Shown here: one piece after another, positions 1 through 14,520 of the stretch
Layout of the letters: every line of letters begins with the position of its first letter
Numbering within the stretch: the first letter of the stretch is position 1
DNA from: the human T2T-CHM13v2.0 reference genome, Homo sapiens
DNA: 64,000 bases
Direction: 5' to 3' (one strand)
Assembly (NCBI RefSeq): GCF_009914755.1
Contig: NC_060944.1
The notes under the pieces: generated by a model
The model's input: the letters and a program-made list of their open reading frames with translations, nothing else
Told to the model about the DNA's origin: nothing
The model's database searches: none
Program-made: the position numbers and the translations under genes

Positions 1-873
1 CTGTGTCTTGTCATCTCCTATTCTTCCCAGGAGAGCTCCAATTTTTTTAAATGCCTTGAACATTTTGTTCCTGCATATAAGAATTAATGTGCATTCCAGT
101 TGGACGTTTTCAAATTTGTAACAGGAGTAAGCCACGTGACCTGCGGCAGCACCATCTCCATCTTCTCCACGTGCCCCAGCCTTTCCTGTCCACACTCAGC
201 CCATTGCCTTCTCTATGGCTTCTGTTTGCATTGCTGCCATTATTCCATCTTGAACTTCCAAAATCCTTGGACATCTGCCTCTCTTATTGGTCACTCACAT
301 AATATTATCAAGGAAAGTGAAAAACACATAGGTAAAGGCTAACAAGTAAATAAGTAAATTAATGCAACAAGTTTTGCTCACTCAGCATGGTGCATTTTAG
401 GCACTCAATAAAGGCAGGTTAAATCCATGATTAAAAGCCAAAAATTCAAATGAACTTGAGTGTCTGTAAAATTTATTATCCCATATATGCTAGCTGTCTC
501 ATCTTCTGTAAGAGTTTTTTTATGTATTCTGCATATGTGTTCTTAAAATAATGTGGTAGTGGTGCAAAGATAGGCAAGAACAATGAGAAGGATTAGGGGG
601 TCTAGAAGCAGACCCACCTGATTTAGGCACAGAAACCGCTGAAAGGCAGTGAGAAAATTGTGGTCTTTTCAATAAAGCACTGGGTCCACTGGGCTTCCAT
701 GTGGGATAAAATGGACTTGACCCCTACTCCGTATGCAAAAATTATTAGCAGATAAATAGTGAATGAAAATGTGAAAAGTAAAATAGTAAAGCTTTTAGAA
801 GAAGACAGAATATTATTATGACAGTATACAAAAGGCAGCAACCTCAAAACAACATCAACAACACAAAAAAATA

Positions 874-1125
874 CCAGACTGAATATCCCTATCCAAAATG
901 CTTGGAAACAGAAGTATTTCAGACTTCGAATTTGGCATGTAGGGGTGTGATATTTGAATATTTGCATTATATACTGTACTTATGGTTGTGCATCCCTAAT
1001 CCAAAAATTTAAAATCTGAAATGCTCCAATGAGCATTTCCTTTGAGCATAATGTAAATGCTCAAAAGTTGCAGATTTTATAGCATTTCAGGTTTTGGTTT
1101 TTATAATTAGGTATACCCAATTAGT
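874..1125. mobile_element. TcMar-Tigger MITE (Tigger4a/MER46A-like) within an old L1M fragment
   Basis: 'tatccctatccaaaatgcttgg...gcatccctaatccaaaaatttaaaatctgaaatgctccaatgagcatttcctttgagc' resembles the recalled Tigger4a consensus; boundaries approximate. Confidence 0.6.
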
Positions 1126-1957
1126 ATTGAGAAAATAAATTATCTTAAAAATTAGAATGCCTTTTTAAAATATATCATTAAGATAGTGAAAACACAATAT
1201 ATAGACTTAGATAAGAAATTTGCAATACATTTATCATGTATGATTTCAAAGCTAGCTCAAAACTTCTTTGGAATAAAATGGAGCAAAACAAAGAATAACT
1301 GGCATTGATTGAGCACTTACTGTGTATTTCTGGCTATTGCATCCACCATTATCTAATTTAATCCTCATGAAAATCCTCAATGGCAGTTGTTACTAAATCC
1401 ATATTTCACAAGATGCAGGGTCAGTGGTAATGGTGCAGGGAGTTGTACTTAGACAGATTAAGTAACTTACCCAAGCCCACAAAGATAACAAATGGCAGTC
1501 AGAAGCCAAACTCTATCCCACAGCTCCTGTATAATTTCAGGCCTAGCTCTTAACCAGTGCATTCAGCCAACCATCTTTTCTCCCATCTTTCCATCTGTGT
1601 ATCTTTCCTTCCATTCATCCTCCTATCCATCTGTCCATTATTCCTTTCTTCCTTTTTTCCTCTCATTCATCCATTGTGATACAAGGCCTTAAATTTACGT
1701 CCACTATCATGTGCTACCTTGACACCTGGTGGAATTGGGAGGACCTCAAATGGCCTAATTCCAGGTTTCCCTCCCTACTCTGTTTCCATGATAAGGCCCC
1801 CTAGCCAAATAACACTACTTCTAAAGGGGGCCAGATGCAGTTCCTGCTTATCCCTGAGTAACAGGTTTTAGTTCTTTGCCAACCCACAGAAATATTTAAA
1901 TAAGGCAATCACATCTTCCCACAGGAACCAGAGGACACCTACTCTCTCTCTCTCTCT

Positions 1958-2284
1958 TTTTTTTTTTTTTTTTTTTTGATACAGAGTCTCACTCTGTTGC
2001 CCAGGCTGGAGTGCAGTGGCTCATTCATGGCTCATTGCAGTCTTGACCTCTCCGGGCTCAAGCAATCCTCCCATCTCAGCTTCCTGAGTAGCTGGGACTA
2101 TAGGTGCACCGTCATACCCAGCTTTTTTATTTTATTTTATTTTATTTTTTTTTGGTATTTTGTAGAGACAGGGTTTTGCCATGTTGACCAGGCTGGGCTG
2201 GTCTCTAACTCCTGGGCTCAAGTGATCTGCCCTCCTCAGCCTCCCAAAGTGCTGGAATTACAGGTGTGAGCCACTGTGCCCAGT
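1958..2284 (-). mobile_element. Alu (AluJ-like)
   Basis: Poly-T followed by reverse-complement Alu dimer ending 'gagccactgtgcccagt'. Confidence 0.93.
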
Positions 2285-2567
2285 CATTCTACCCTCTTGA
2301 CACTACAAAGCCTACCTCCCACAGCCTCTGATTATTCACTTTGTTCCCAAGTGCAGCCCCTTGTGTGGCCCTGCACAGTGTGATAATGCCTACAATTTTA
2401 CTTGCGTTTTAAATTGATGTTTTGTTTAAATGTACTATGAAAATATCACCTCTGCACATGCAGACTTAAGGTCTCTGACACATTCAACAATGCAAAGATG
2501 ACAGGACTGCAGGGAAGGTACGCAACATTCTGGCAAGGCAACAGTGAAGGCTTAAGAAAGGTCAGCT

Positions 2568-2857
2568 GGGCCGGCGCGGTGGCTCACACCGGTAATCCCA
2601 GCATTTTGGGAGGCCGAGGAAGGAGAATCATCTTGAGCCCAGTGGCGTGAGACCCACCTGGGCAATGGAGGAAAACCTGGTCTCTACATAATATAAAAAT
2701 AAATTAACCAGACGTGCTGGCTCACACCTATGGTCCCAGCTACTCAGGAGGCTGAGGTGGGAGGATTTCTTGAGCCTGGGAAATCAAGGCCGCAGTGACC
2801 TGTGACCACGCCACTGCACTCCAGCCTAAGTGACAGAGCCAGACCGTATCTCAAAAA
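2568..2857 (+). mobile_element. Alu (AluJ-like)
   Basis: 'ggccggcgcggtggctcacacc...gaccgtatctcaaaaaa'. Confidence 0.93.
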
Positions 2858-4479
2858 ATTTTTAAAAAGACAGATAAAAGTCAGCTGGATTTCCACCAAT
2901 AAGGAGAATATGCTCATAAAAGTGATGAATGCCCTTCTCCTATGGGAAGGACAGTGCAGGGGGCTAACGCACAAGGAGTGACTCCCAATCAGCCCCTGAG
3001 CAGGTCACCATTAGAGGCCCCAAGAAAGAGGGGCTCTGAACCCAAGACACCCTCAGAGCCTTGGCACTTAGAATCCCTCCTGGCCCAGCCAGTCTATGGG
3101 TGGGAAGATTTCTGTGGCAGGGCGAGGAACCTGGCTCCAGTCTCAGGCTGGTACCCCAGGCACCACCCCTCCCCTCCTCTGTCACGGGAGGGTTATGCAC
3201 TTCCAGTTCCTCAGCAGTCTTCCTCCCCAGTCTTGAACACTGGGAAAGGTGGCTTCCAGCTTACTATTTCCCCAAGAATGAATTTAAATTCATATTTTGT
3301 CTTTTCTACTCCAAGAAATAGAAAACTTAGAGATGAAACTGGAGAGAGAAAATATTTTACAACACTCAAAACTGTGAGCCTTAAAGTGCTGCAGTAAACT
3401 ACATTTGAGGAGGTCAAGTTTCGCAAGTCCTCTTGTTCTACTGAAAACCTCGCAATTGTCATTCAATCGCATGGATTCAATAGTCATGCAGTCCCAGGGC
3501 TTGTCAGCCCAGGATATATACCCAAGGAACATGCCTGGGACCAGGCACCATGCTGTTTATAAAGTTCTCCAGGTGATTCTGATGCTGACGCAGGGTGAGG
3601 ACGCTGAGCTACTCTGAGCTTCCCTAGTCACAGGTGAAGCCAGGAAGACCCAGACATCCCAACAAAGGGTGAGCCCATGGCCCGCAGTCATTTAGGATGG
3701 AACTTGCGATGACTGACTTGGATCCGTGTTTTCACTCCTGCACAGCATGCCATAGCTCTGTCACAGGTGAGTTAGAAAGAATGCCGGAAACATTCATCTT
3801 CTCACTCTGCATCTTCTTAGGAGACTGGCTGAAATATCAGCTGCCTAGAAAGATCCCTACATTTCCAGGGTAAATCTATACCAGATATAAAGCATGTGGC
3901 AATAAAGTCACAGGGACAGTGAGAGTCATATAAAAGGAATTCAATTCTATCCCATTCCACAAGGATGGCACAGGGACAGAAAATTACATTGTTTTTACTT
4001 CTCCCCAGTCTACCAAAAATTGAGTTGACCTACAACCAAGACACACACACAGATGTGATGTTTACACACAGTAATTTTAGGAAAGACAATATAATAAAAT
4101 AAAAATCAGGAATCAGAAACAGAGAAAACATTTTTAAGGATAAAAAGAAAAAAAATATATAGACAGATATTGAATGAATCATGAAGCATCACTTGTAGAT
4201 GCTTAGAACTAAAGAAAATAATATCTAAATATGTATTAAAGGGGATTTAATTAAATATATTATGAGATGCCTATACAATGCAGTCATGAAGAATGAGGTG
4301 GCTTATGTAATGACATGAGGTCATCTCCAACACAAACAAAGGCAATGCACATTCAGGCCATAGCCTGCACCCTGCTGCCACCCTTGGGAGAAGAGACCCC
4401 CAGCAGCAGCGGAGGCCTCCAGGGAGGGAATCAGGGTGGGTAGAGATGGGAAGGAGGTGATATTCGTGATATATACCTT

Positions 4480-4850
4480 GTGAGTGTGTGTGTGTATATA
4501 CACATATATGTATACACATACCTATATGTATATATGTACACATATATGTATATATACACATGTGTGTATATGTGTATATGTATACATATATGTATATATA
4601 CACATGTGTGTATATGTGTATATGTATACATATATGTATATATACACATGTGTGTATATGTGTATATGTATACATATATGTATATATACACATGTGTGTA
4701 TATGTGTATATGTATATGTATATGTAGATATATATATGTATATATACACATATGTATATGTATATATGCACGTGTGTATATACATAGACATACAATATAT
4801 ACCTATATATGTACATATATACACATATGTATATGTGTGCATATATATAA
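4480..4850. repeat. Compound (TA/CA/TG)n purine-pyrimidine tract with four ~44-bp higher-order units
   Basis: 'cacatgtgtg' recurs at 4557, 4601, 4645 and 4689 (period 44). Confidence 0.95.
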
Positions 4851-6186
4851 TCTCCAATTTCTCAAATAAAAATAACACTAGGACTATCGTTTAAAAGAGG
4901 TATATATAATTTTTAGAGAAATAGAAATTCAAGACTAAAAAGAGAAAAACTCAAGTAACCTAGAGACCTTAGGGTCCCGAATAAATCATTTAAAAATTTC
5001 CTTCCTGGCCTGTGAAGAAAAGGATGGGAAAGGAATAGCTGAACTCAGGAAAAGCCACCTGAAATGAAAAACACTTGGGGATAATGTCCCCAGCCCCACG
5101 TCTGGGCTGCTCAGAAGCTGTGCAATTTGTGAGTGGCAGCATTCTCCTCTGAACCCCCAGACACTGGAACACTTTCTTCTTCACACCAAGAACGTGGGTC
5201 TTCAAGGTGCTGTCTCTGGACACTGCCCAGTTCTAACGGGCACACTCCCTTAGAGCAAAGTCCACACCCACACAGCCTGGCCAAGAATTCCACCTCCTCC
5301 AGTGTCTGCCACGACAGATTTCTTCCTCTTTGGTCATGGGCCCACATGGTGGTGATGACAAACAGTGCCTTGAGGTAAGAGCTATTTCCTGGAGACAAAG
5401 TATGTTCTAATGCTGAACATCTTAGGCAGAATGGCACTCTGAATGATTCTAAACTATAAAATCTCCTAGCAGGGACCCTTGAATCATGCCATGTAAACAA
5501 ACTACCACATCTCCCCCTCGAGTCTGTTCTGCTTGTCTTCTGTCACGATCACTCTGGGATCACTGATTTCTATATTTTCCCCTGGCCTTTCTCCCTTTAC
5601 TCTCCCTGTTTAAGCTGATAGACAAGCTGAACACGTCCTTACCTTGGAGGAGGTTGTGGCAGAGGGGAAGAAGAACTTGTCTGCAACAAACTTCACTTGC
5701 CCGATTGTGTTTTCCCAAAGCCCGCACATGTTGGAGATTGCACCTGGTGGCTGGAAGAGGGTGGGAGAAGCTATCAGGACAGTGCCCTGGGTGGCTGGGA
5801 AGGTGATGGGCAGTGTGAGTCCTGGGGTGGAAGCCTGGCTATGCGCTCAGCTGTGGGGCACCCAGAGGGGTGGCAAGACCTGAGGTTTGCTCAGGGAGCT
5901 CAAGGTTAACAGAGATCACACACCCTTCTCCATGAGGCCCTAAAGGGAGGCACCTCTCCTAATGCCGAAGATGGCAGTTAACAGGAATTTAGTTGTGGGG
6001 AGGGGGTTATGGGTCAGAATGACCTTGATTTAAGGACGCAGAGATAAGTTTATTTCTTGCATACCTGAGCATGTGGGCTGTAAGTCCTCATGCCTGCTGT
6101 TGTCCAGGGCTTGTCCACTCTCACTATAACTTTTGGTTTTGATCTGTTTTTTTTTTCTTTTATTTCTATTTTTAAATAGAAGAGGC

Positions 6187-6514
<328 letters not shown>

Positions 6515-9305
6515 TCAAATGAGAGCCTGTGAGCACCCGAAGGGCAGGGTCCCGGCCTCACCCTCTGGGTCCCCAAGTTTGACACAGGCTCAGAGGAGAG
6601 CGGGCTCCGCCAGTATGGTGGATATGGAGGACAGAGGAGGTTGTGCTTTCTGGCTTCCTGCCAATGTGTTTTATCTGCGAGACCACATCAATCCTCCTGG
6701 AAGAAACAGCAGGTCTTCCAGACAAATCCAATTGTCCTAGAGAGTGGAGAACACACTAGGGGCTTGTGCAGTGCCCTTTATGAAGGGGAACCCCAGAGTT
6801 CCTGGTGAGAAACAGCCGTAGGTAACAGACACCGTCTGCACCCCTGCCCCCCAACCCACCTCACCATGGGGTGGGCGAGGTCCCAGAGAATGACCTGCTG
6901 GGACTGGAAAGGTCCCACCCATAGCCTTGGACTGTTTGTTCTCAAGAAGCCCGCCAATACGTGGGATAAAGTGCTCAAAGATGACAGCTGGAGATACAAC
7001 TGAAGCTCCTTACTGCCCTTCTGTCTACAAAAATGACGTGACAAAAAGCAGGCTTGGATGAGAAAAGAGGAGATTAGACACTAACTGCATTTCCCACTAA
7101 AAAACACAGAAATTTTGCCATAAAACCCACAAATAATTTTAGAGAAGTGGATGCTGTGGCAGGATTCTGCTGGGAGCTGGGTTGTGGGAGGGAGGTGGGC
7201 TCAGGGACAAGGAACTTCATGCATCTAATCTGCCAGGTTAATGGGATTAACCATCATCATTTTTAACTTTCCCTTCAGGGGAAATTTGACTGGAAAGCCG
7301 TTCCCCAGCTCTATAACCCAGCCTCTGCAGAACAAATGGGACAGGCGGCTACTGAGAATACAGGGCACACACCACTGCCAATGCCCCTCCCTGGGCACCA
7401 CTCTGCCCCATCCAACCCTCTTCTACAGAGGCTCCTGATGGAAAAACAAACACCACCACCTGTGGGCTAAATATCAACTAAAATTTTGTTTCTTTAGCCT
7501 GCAACCTTTTTTAAAAAGCAATTGCAAATAATTTTTCATCAAATGTGAATTTTGGTAAAATTACTAGATGTAGCAAAATAGGCCCCATAGTACTACATGA
7601 TCAGATAGGGCTGAAGTGCAGCTCTCCTTTTAGATGGGGAATAGCATCCCACCTGGCCATGGTCCCCACCACTCCCTATTGCCCTACTACCTTGGTCCAC
7701 TTTATTAACTTAAATTATTCCCTGACCCCTGTAGACATTTGGGACCATGACCTCTGGGATCCTGGAAACAGAAAACCTTTCAAGACCCAGCTCTGTCGTG
7801 GTGTGGCAGGATGGCTCTCCAGCAAGCATTTAACCATCAACTGTAGACTTCCCAGCTCTAACAGCAGCCATGATATCTCCTGCTGATACCTCACAAGGCA
7901 GTAGTGACACCAGCTAGGATGGGCTTGAAATGGTTTTTGAAGATTACAAACAAGTTTATTCTTGAAGTAGTGAGGCAAGCACCTTTTGCCATCTTCGATT
8001 AAGTGTCCCTGTGGATATGGCCTTAAGGCACTTCCTTCTGATGAAAATGCTGTCCTATTCCTCCAGGTCTACACACAGGGTAGGCCTGGGACACACCCAG
8101 GTCGGTCACCTCCCTCACAGGCATTTATGCCAATGGTCTCTGCTCAGAGAATTCAAGGTGCTCATTTGAAGCCTGCTGAGTATGAAATTGATAACTTCCT
8201 TTGCTATTTCAGTTCACAAACTATGACCCTTTTATGTGAAACTCTGAAGACCCTCCTAGCACACACCTGGATTCTGAGAAAGCTTTCCAATTATTTTTTT
8301 CTCAAACGAAAATTCTGAAGCTTACTTTGAAAGGATCTAGATTTCCAAAGACAGGGCAATGATGTTCTGAGAGTAATTGAGGCTGGCAAACATCTCCACT
8401 TAAGACAGCTGTCTGCCTCTCACACTCACATTAGGTACACCAAGCTATGTCTAACCCTCCGTTTCATCATTGCAAATCAACACCTTGCAAAATAAATGTA
8501 CAACAGCCCTCCCCTCAAGCCCTTTCCAACTCCCATCCTGGTCCAGAGCAAAAGTCAGCAGAAGCTGAGAGTGAAATGATGGCTGATTATGGCAGTTGGG
8601 CTGACACTGTCAGTGAAGCTACTAGGTCCCACTAGTTGGTGGGCATGGCTTTCATTGCTGATAAGAAGGTACACTATAGCTGATGCCTGGACCAATCCCA
8701 TTTGGACTTAACAGTGATGCTCTTGAAGTGGTACAGCATATAATTAATTGAAAATTTCACACTGCAGGGTATAAATGTGCCCTATATAAAAATGTATATA
8801 AATTGTATATAAACAAAATCTGAATTTAGTGAACGTACTGTTTTGTTTAAAATTCCAAAACGATTAGTGAAACAAGATTCATTTGGTCCTCATTTTACAT
8901 ATCTAGGATCGTTAGCTTTTTCCTAGGAATGATTTTAGAGAAGGAGGGAGAAATTAAGAAAATAACTAGAACATTGAAAGCAAGTAGCTGCTCCCTTGCT
9001 GAACACATATTTGACAATCCAGATTATGTTCATCCCTGGGGACAGTGCAGTGCACAAGCAGAGGAAGTTTCTGCTGTCCCAGAGCCAGAGACAAAAAAAG
9101 GTCAGTAGACACATAATTGCACAGCTAATAATATAGTGCTGAGTCATCCTAATAAAATGATCAAACGTTGGCTCCCGCCTAGTCTGAAAGGTAGGAAACA
9201 CGGTCAGACAAAGAAATGCACTGATGGTTTGTCAAATCGGTAGAAATTGGCAGGTAAAAATTAAGAATTGGAAGTAACACCCAGATGTGAGTTAAAGAAA
9301 GCACC

Positions 9306-9751
9306 AGCCAGGCACAGTGGCTCACATCTGTAATCCTAGCACTTTGAGAGGCCAAGGCAGGCATATCACCTGAGATCAGGAATTTGAGACAAGCCTGGCC
9401 AACATGGCAAAAACCCATCTCTACTAAAAATATTCAGGTGGTAACATTTCAGCTTTTAGAAGAGACTAGGGGCCAGGCTCTGTGGCTCACACCTGTAATC
9501 CCAGCACTTTGGGAGGCCACAGTGGTTCGATCACCTGAGGTCAGGAGTTCAAAATCAGCTTGGCCAACATGGTGAAACCCTGTCTCTACTAAAAATACAA
9601 AAATTAGCTGGGTGTGGTGGCAGACACCTGTAATCTCAGCTACTTGGGAGGCTGAGGCAGGAGAATCGCTTGAACCCAGGAGGCGGAGGTTGCAGTGAGC
9701 CATTGCAGTCCAGCCTGAGCACCAGAGTGAAACTCCATCTCAAAAAAAAAG
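9306..9751 (+). mobile_element. Composite Alu: left monomer + 38-bp unique insert + complete Alu
   Basis: Left monomer 9306-9432, non-Alu 9433-9470, Alu 9471-9751. One TSD-like pair 'aaagaaagcacc'/'aaagaaaacacc' flanks the whole unit. Confidence 0.9.
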
Positions 9752-9961
9752 AAAAGAAAACACCAGGTATAGGAAACAGTGTGTGCAAAGGCCCTGGGGT
9801 AGGAATTGTGCTGGACTGTTTAGCAGAAACTGCAGTTTATCAGTGAGCCTGAGACAGGCTAGGGTTCAACAGGCAAAAGATAAGGGTGAAGAGCTAAGCA
9901 AGGTCTCACAGGTCAAGGTGAAGAGCCAGGATGATGTTCCCTCAGCCTTGGAGAACCCTGA

Positions 9962-10303
<342 letters not shown>

Positions 10304-10655
10304 CCTAGTCTCTTCTAAAAGCTGAAATGTTACCACCTGAGTATTTTGATTTCAATCTTTATTTCTAATTCTTCTAAAGTTATAGCAAAAATATTTTTTA
10401 AATATGCTTGCCTTGCATCCATTGCTAACCCCAGCTTCCAGCTCTCTTGCCAGGGCCTGGAAAACAATGGAGAAATAGAAAGGGAGCGAATGTTCACTTC
10501 ACTGCCCAGCATTCACTCCCAGGATGGGGAACACCATGAGCATGGCAGGTGCTCCTAAAGCTGCAGAGCCTGGGGGTGGCAGGGAGGCACAGCCACCCAG
10601 GTGAGACCGTCTGGGCTGCTCTCAGAACACAGAGAAGGTCCACAGCCTGCCCTGG

Positions 10656-11142
10656 TGATACAAGGCAGGCAAGGCCCCACATTGGGGCTTAGCCTGAGAG
10701 GGCTCTTGGCTTCGTGCAGGAATGAATTCAAGGGCCAGTCTGTGATGTTAAACAGTAGATTTTCTTGAAGCAGATGTGCACAGCAGCATCAGAGGCTCTG
10801 CTCCTCATGGAGTGGGGCTACCTTCAGGCAGTGTGCCCAGAGCAGCAGATCAGAGGCAGGTCTGCACTCACATTCTTACCCAGTTTTAATTACATGTAAA
10901 TTAAAAAGCAGAGTATGCAGACATTTCTAGAAAAAGGATGGTAAGTTTTGGATCATCTGCTCACTGCCATGGAAAGGGGTGGTAACCTCTGGATGTTGCC
11001 ATGGCAATGGTAAACTCACATGGCACACTGGTGGATGTATCTTAGGGAAAGCTACTTCCACTCCATCCCTGTCTTAACTAGTCCTCAATGTGGTCTGACA
11101 TCTGAGACCTATCTCCAGAATTGAGTCCCACCTCCTACCTCA
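10656..11142 (-). mobile_element. ERV1 solo LTR (LTR19A-like)
   Basis: TG...CA termini; 4-bp TSD 'ctgg' (10652-55 / 11143-46); minus strand begins TGAGGTAGGAGGTGGGACTC. Family name is recalled, not verified. Confidence 0.7.
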
Positions 11143-13784
11143 CTGGGGCACACTTTATTATCCAGGGCCTTAAAGATGTGTTGTTGGCTAGTTCCCTCCC
11201 CTTTATCTGATCGGGCTCATCCTAAAAGGGGCCTCTTCAGAACCTGCTCTTGGGCTCCCCTTCCCCAGGCCTCAGGTGTGTGGCCCTCAAGCTGAGGCTG
11301 CCCATGGCAGGCTTCTGCCTGGTCCTGGGCTGATCTTGGTGCCCGAGCAAAGCAGTTCCTGCAAATGGAGGCCTAAAGGTCCCTCCTCCCATCAGTCTGT
11401 GTGTGGAGTTTCTAAGTTCCTGCGGAGACCCAGCTAAAGCTCAGCCAAGGGCCTATTACAAAATCCCCAGGGATCTGAAACATCTCAGAAAGTGTTAAAT
11501 TTGACAGACACAGAGGAGGTGATATGATATGCCAGGCTCATACTACAATGAATGTTCATATTAAATCCTCATAACAAGTCTATAAGCACAGCTTCTAAAA
11601 TATCTACCTTCTAGATTAAAAACAACAACAACAACAATAAAATCATAGGCACAAATATACACACTGTCTGGGCCAGGGTCACAGAACTGGTAAAGACACC
11701 TAGGATTTGAATGAGCATCTCTTTCCAAAGTCTGTATTCTTTCTCTCTACCATGCTGCCACAAAACCCACAAGCTTTTAGATGAATTGCAATCCCCCTCC
11801 ACCTACCCCCACCAAGATCCCACTATTCAGTGAGGCAGCAGGCTTCAAGTGCAGCTCAATATGGCCCAATTGCTGAAAGAGTGTTTTGTAAGAAATAGTT
11901 CAGGAGGAATTCAATTTCATAAAGACAGGCTTCTTCATAATCAATGACGTCTGAATAACATTTTTATCTAAAAGTATACTCTATTCTGCTGTAGTTCCTT
12001 TCTGATAAAACTGAGTATGTCTTCCATTCCACGTTGCTTTGACATCTACCTATTTGCTGAGTGCCTGACATTATTCTAATAACTTTACTCCAGGCATTGT
12101 ATTTTTAAAGTTCTCCAATTTCTATTTTTAATCATTTCTCTCTCTCCACTTAGAATTTCCATCTTTTTGTTTATTATAAGCATGTCTTCCTTTACTTCAT
12201 TGAGCATACAGCCAATAGTCACTTTAACATCCTCACCTGCTGATTCCAATGTCTGGGTCCTCTCTTTTCTGTTGTCATCTTCCTGGTGCTTCATGTACTG
12301 AGTAATTCCGTATTGTCTTCTGGCATTGTGGTCAGAATGCTGTGGAGTGAATTATCCTCTAAGAACAATGCTAATGGTTGTTTATTAGCTTGCTTATTTG
12401 TTTTAGCTGGAAAATAATTCAGCTGGGCTCAAACTGGAAACCCTCTTTTTCAGGGAAGAGAGCAAATGCAGTCAGCTCCCTGATCCTCAGCTGGGTGCCT
12501 GGCGCCTGCTCTGTGCCTGTGTGGCTCAAGGGTTGGTCAGGGAAGCGAGCAGAGTTCATGCACCCCCTCTCTGGACTCCTTTTCTCAGGATTCTCACTCC
12601 CTAGCAGCTGTGGTCCTCTCAACTTTGACCTCTGGTTCTTCATGCCAGTAAAGAGGCAAATTATTGATCAGGGTGTTAACTTCCCAGAGTGGCACAGACC
12701 AGGGCCTGCCCTTAGTTGAAACCCTGAAAAAATTGGGCAGCTCACAGCAGGTCATTCCAAGTATTGTCTCTTCCAGAACTGAAAAGCTCCTTTCCAGACC
12801 TTTCTGCAGGCCCCCGCTGACCACTTAAACGTCCCCCTCATTTCAGCCTCATTGCTGCCCTGCAAGGAGGGGAATGCCTTAAAGATCATACCCATTTTAC
12901 TGAAGGGGAAACATAGCTCAGAGAAGAGAAGTTATGGCTTCAAGATAACAGCTGGCAAATGTCAGCCAGGAATCAGACCTGGGTCAGCTGGACTCCCATG
13001 CCCACATTCTTATTCTTTCGGCTGTGAAACCATCCTTAGCTGCTATCATAGTTGTGTTTGTTCAGCAGTGGTTTTGAACAAGCTATCAAAAGAAGCTGTG
13101 CTCTGGAATGCAAAGTGAAGAGAGGTGCTGAGACATGGGGTGGGGGGAGGTGCTCAGAAGGCTCTGAAGGGAACACAACCCCCCTCCATCCTTCGCTCAG
13201 AAGGGAACACAGCTGCAGCTCCCCTCTTTTAGTTCTAACTGGAGAGCAAGGCAGAGACCCTTCACAGATGCTGAGAGGGCTGGGAGGGCTAGCCAGGCCA
13301 CCTGTGACCTTTTTAGACTTGCAGAAAGCAGGAACAGAGAATATTCTTCAGAGTGCTTGGAGGAAGAATGCAAACCTCCTTAACTGATAAGTGTTGAAGA
13401 AACCTGGATACTAGAGACCCCTGTGCTTCCCTGGCCAGAACGAGCCTCTTCCAGCACCAGAGGGGAAACGAGTAGTACCTGCCACAAACCCAGAGCCCAG
13501 GGAGTAGGCCAGACAGGGAGCCAGAGAAGAAGCTGACTGTACTGGTGCTCATGACAAGCTTAGGTTAATTTCCCAAGACACAATAGAGAGGAGGACATGC
13601 CTGCATTATATGTGGGCAGGATCAGGATGAGAAACCGGCGACACTGCAGAGAGAAGGGGTCAACTCCCTGTCCATCCCTACTCACTCCAAAAAGATTCCT
13701 AGGCCTTGGTCAGGAAATGATTTGACTTTTCTGGAAAACTCATGCAATCTGACTCTTCTAAGAGACTGCATGAACCCTGGGTTG

Positions 13785-14000
13785 TCTGAGTTTGAAGCCC
13801 ACTCCACTGTCTATCAGCTGTGCTGCCTTGGAAAAATCACTTCACCTCTTAGGACCTCTATTGTGTCATCTGTAAAATGTGGATCATAATAGTCCCTACC
13901 TTGCAGGGGAAGGGAGAAGTTGGAGGATCAAATCAGTTAATATGTGTAACACTCTCAGAACACTGCCTGAAATATAAGATGCACTAAATATGTGCTAGCT
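13785..14000. mobile_element. MIR
   Basis: MIR core-like 'cacttcacctct...catctgtaaaatgtggatcataatagtccctacc'. Confidence 0.7.
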
Positions 14001-14001
14001 T

Positions 14002-14222
14002 CTATTATTATTTGTACTTAATACTATCACTGCTGCTATTAATATGCCTGCTACTGCTATTACTACTACTGTTGTTGTTATTATTACTACTACTATTACT
14101 ACTGCACCTGTTGCTATTATAATTATTACTGTCACTACTGCTGCTGTTGCTATAATTATCACTACTCCTATTACTATTGCTGGTATTGCTATTACTACTA
14201 CTACTACTACAATTATTATTCA
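14002..14222. repeat. Degenerate trinucleotide low-complexity tract (TAT/TAC/TGC/TGT)
   Basis: Seen directly; gives spurious poly-T/I and poly-S/N ORFs. Confidence 0.9.
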
Positions 14223-14307
14223 TGAGGAGAAGCTGAGTGGCTGCAAATGCTTTCTTAAGCTCTGCATCAATTCAAAATAGACACAGACTCAAAAAACACA
14301 GTGGTAC

Positions 14308-14520
14308 AGTTGTCAGATTTAGCAAATACAAACACAGAATGCCCAGTTAAATTTGAATTTTATATAAGTAGTGGTTTTTTAGCTTATGCAATAAACTAAA
14401 AATAAGTAAGCTCCAAACTATCGTCTCATACAATATTTGGGACTTATTTATCCTAGAACATGATTGATTGTTTACCTGAAATTTAAATTTAACCAAGTAT
14501 CCTGTAGTTTGACAACCCTA
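14308..14520. mobile_element. hAT MITE (MER53-like)
   Basis: 'gttgtcagatttagcaaatacaaacacagaatgcccagttaaatttgaattt' ... 'ttgacaacccta' termini. Confidence 0.6.

Noticed and set aside
4271-4894. Several Y/I/H/V/C-rich ORFs
   Set aside because: Translations of the dinucleotide repeat.
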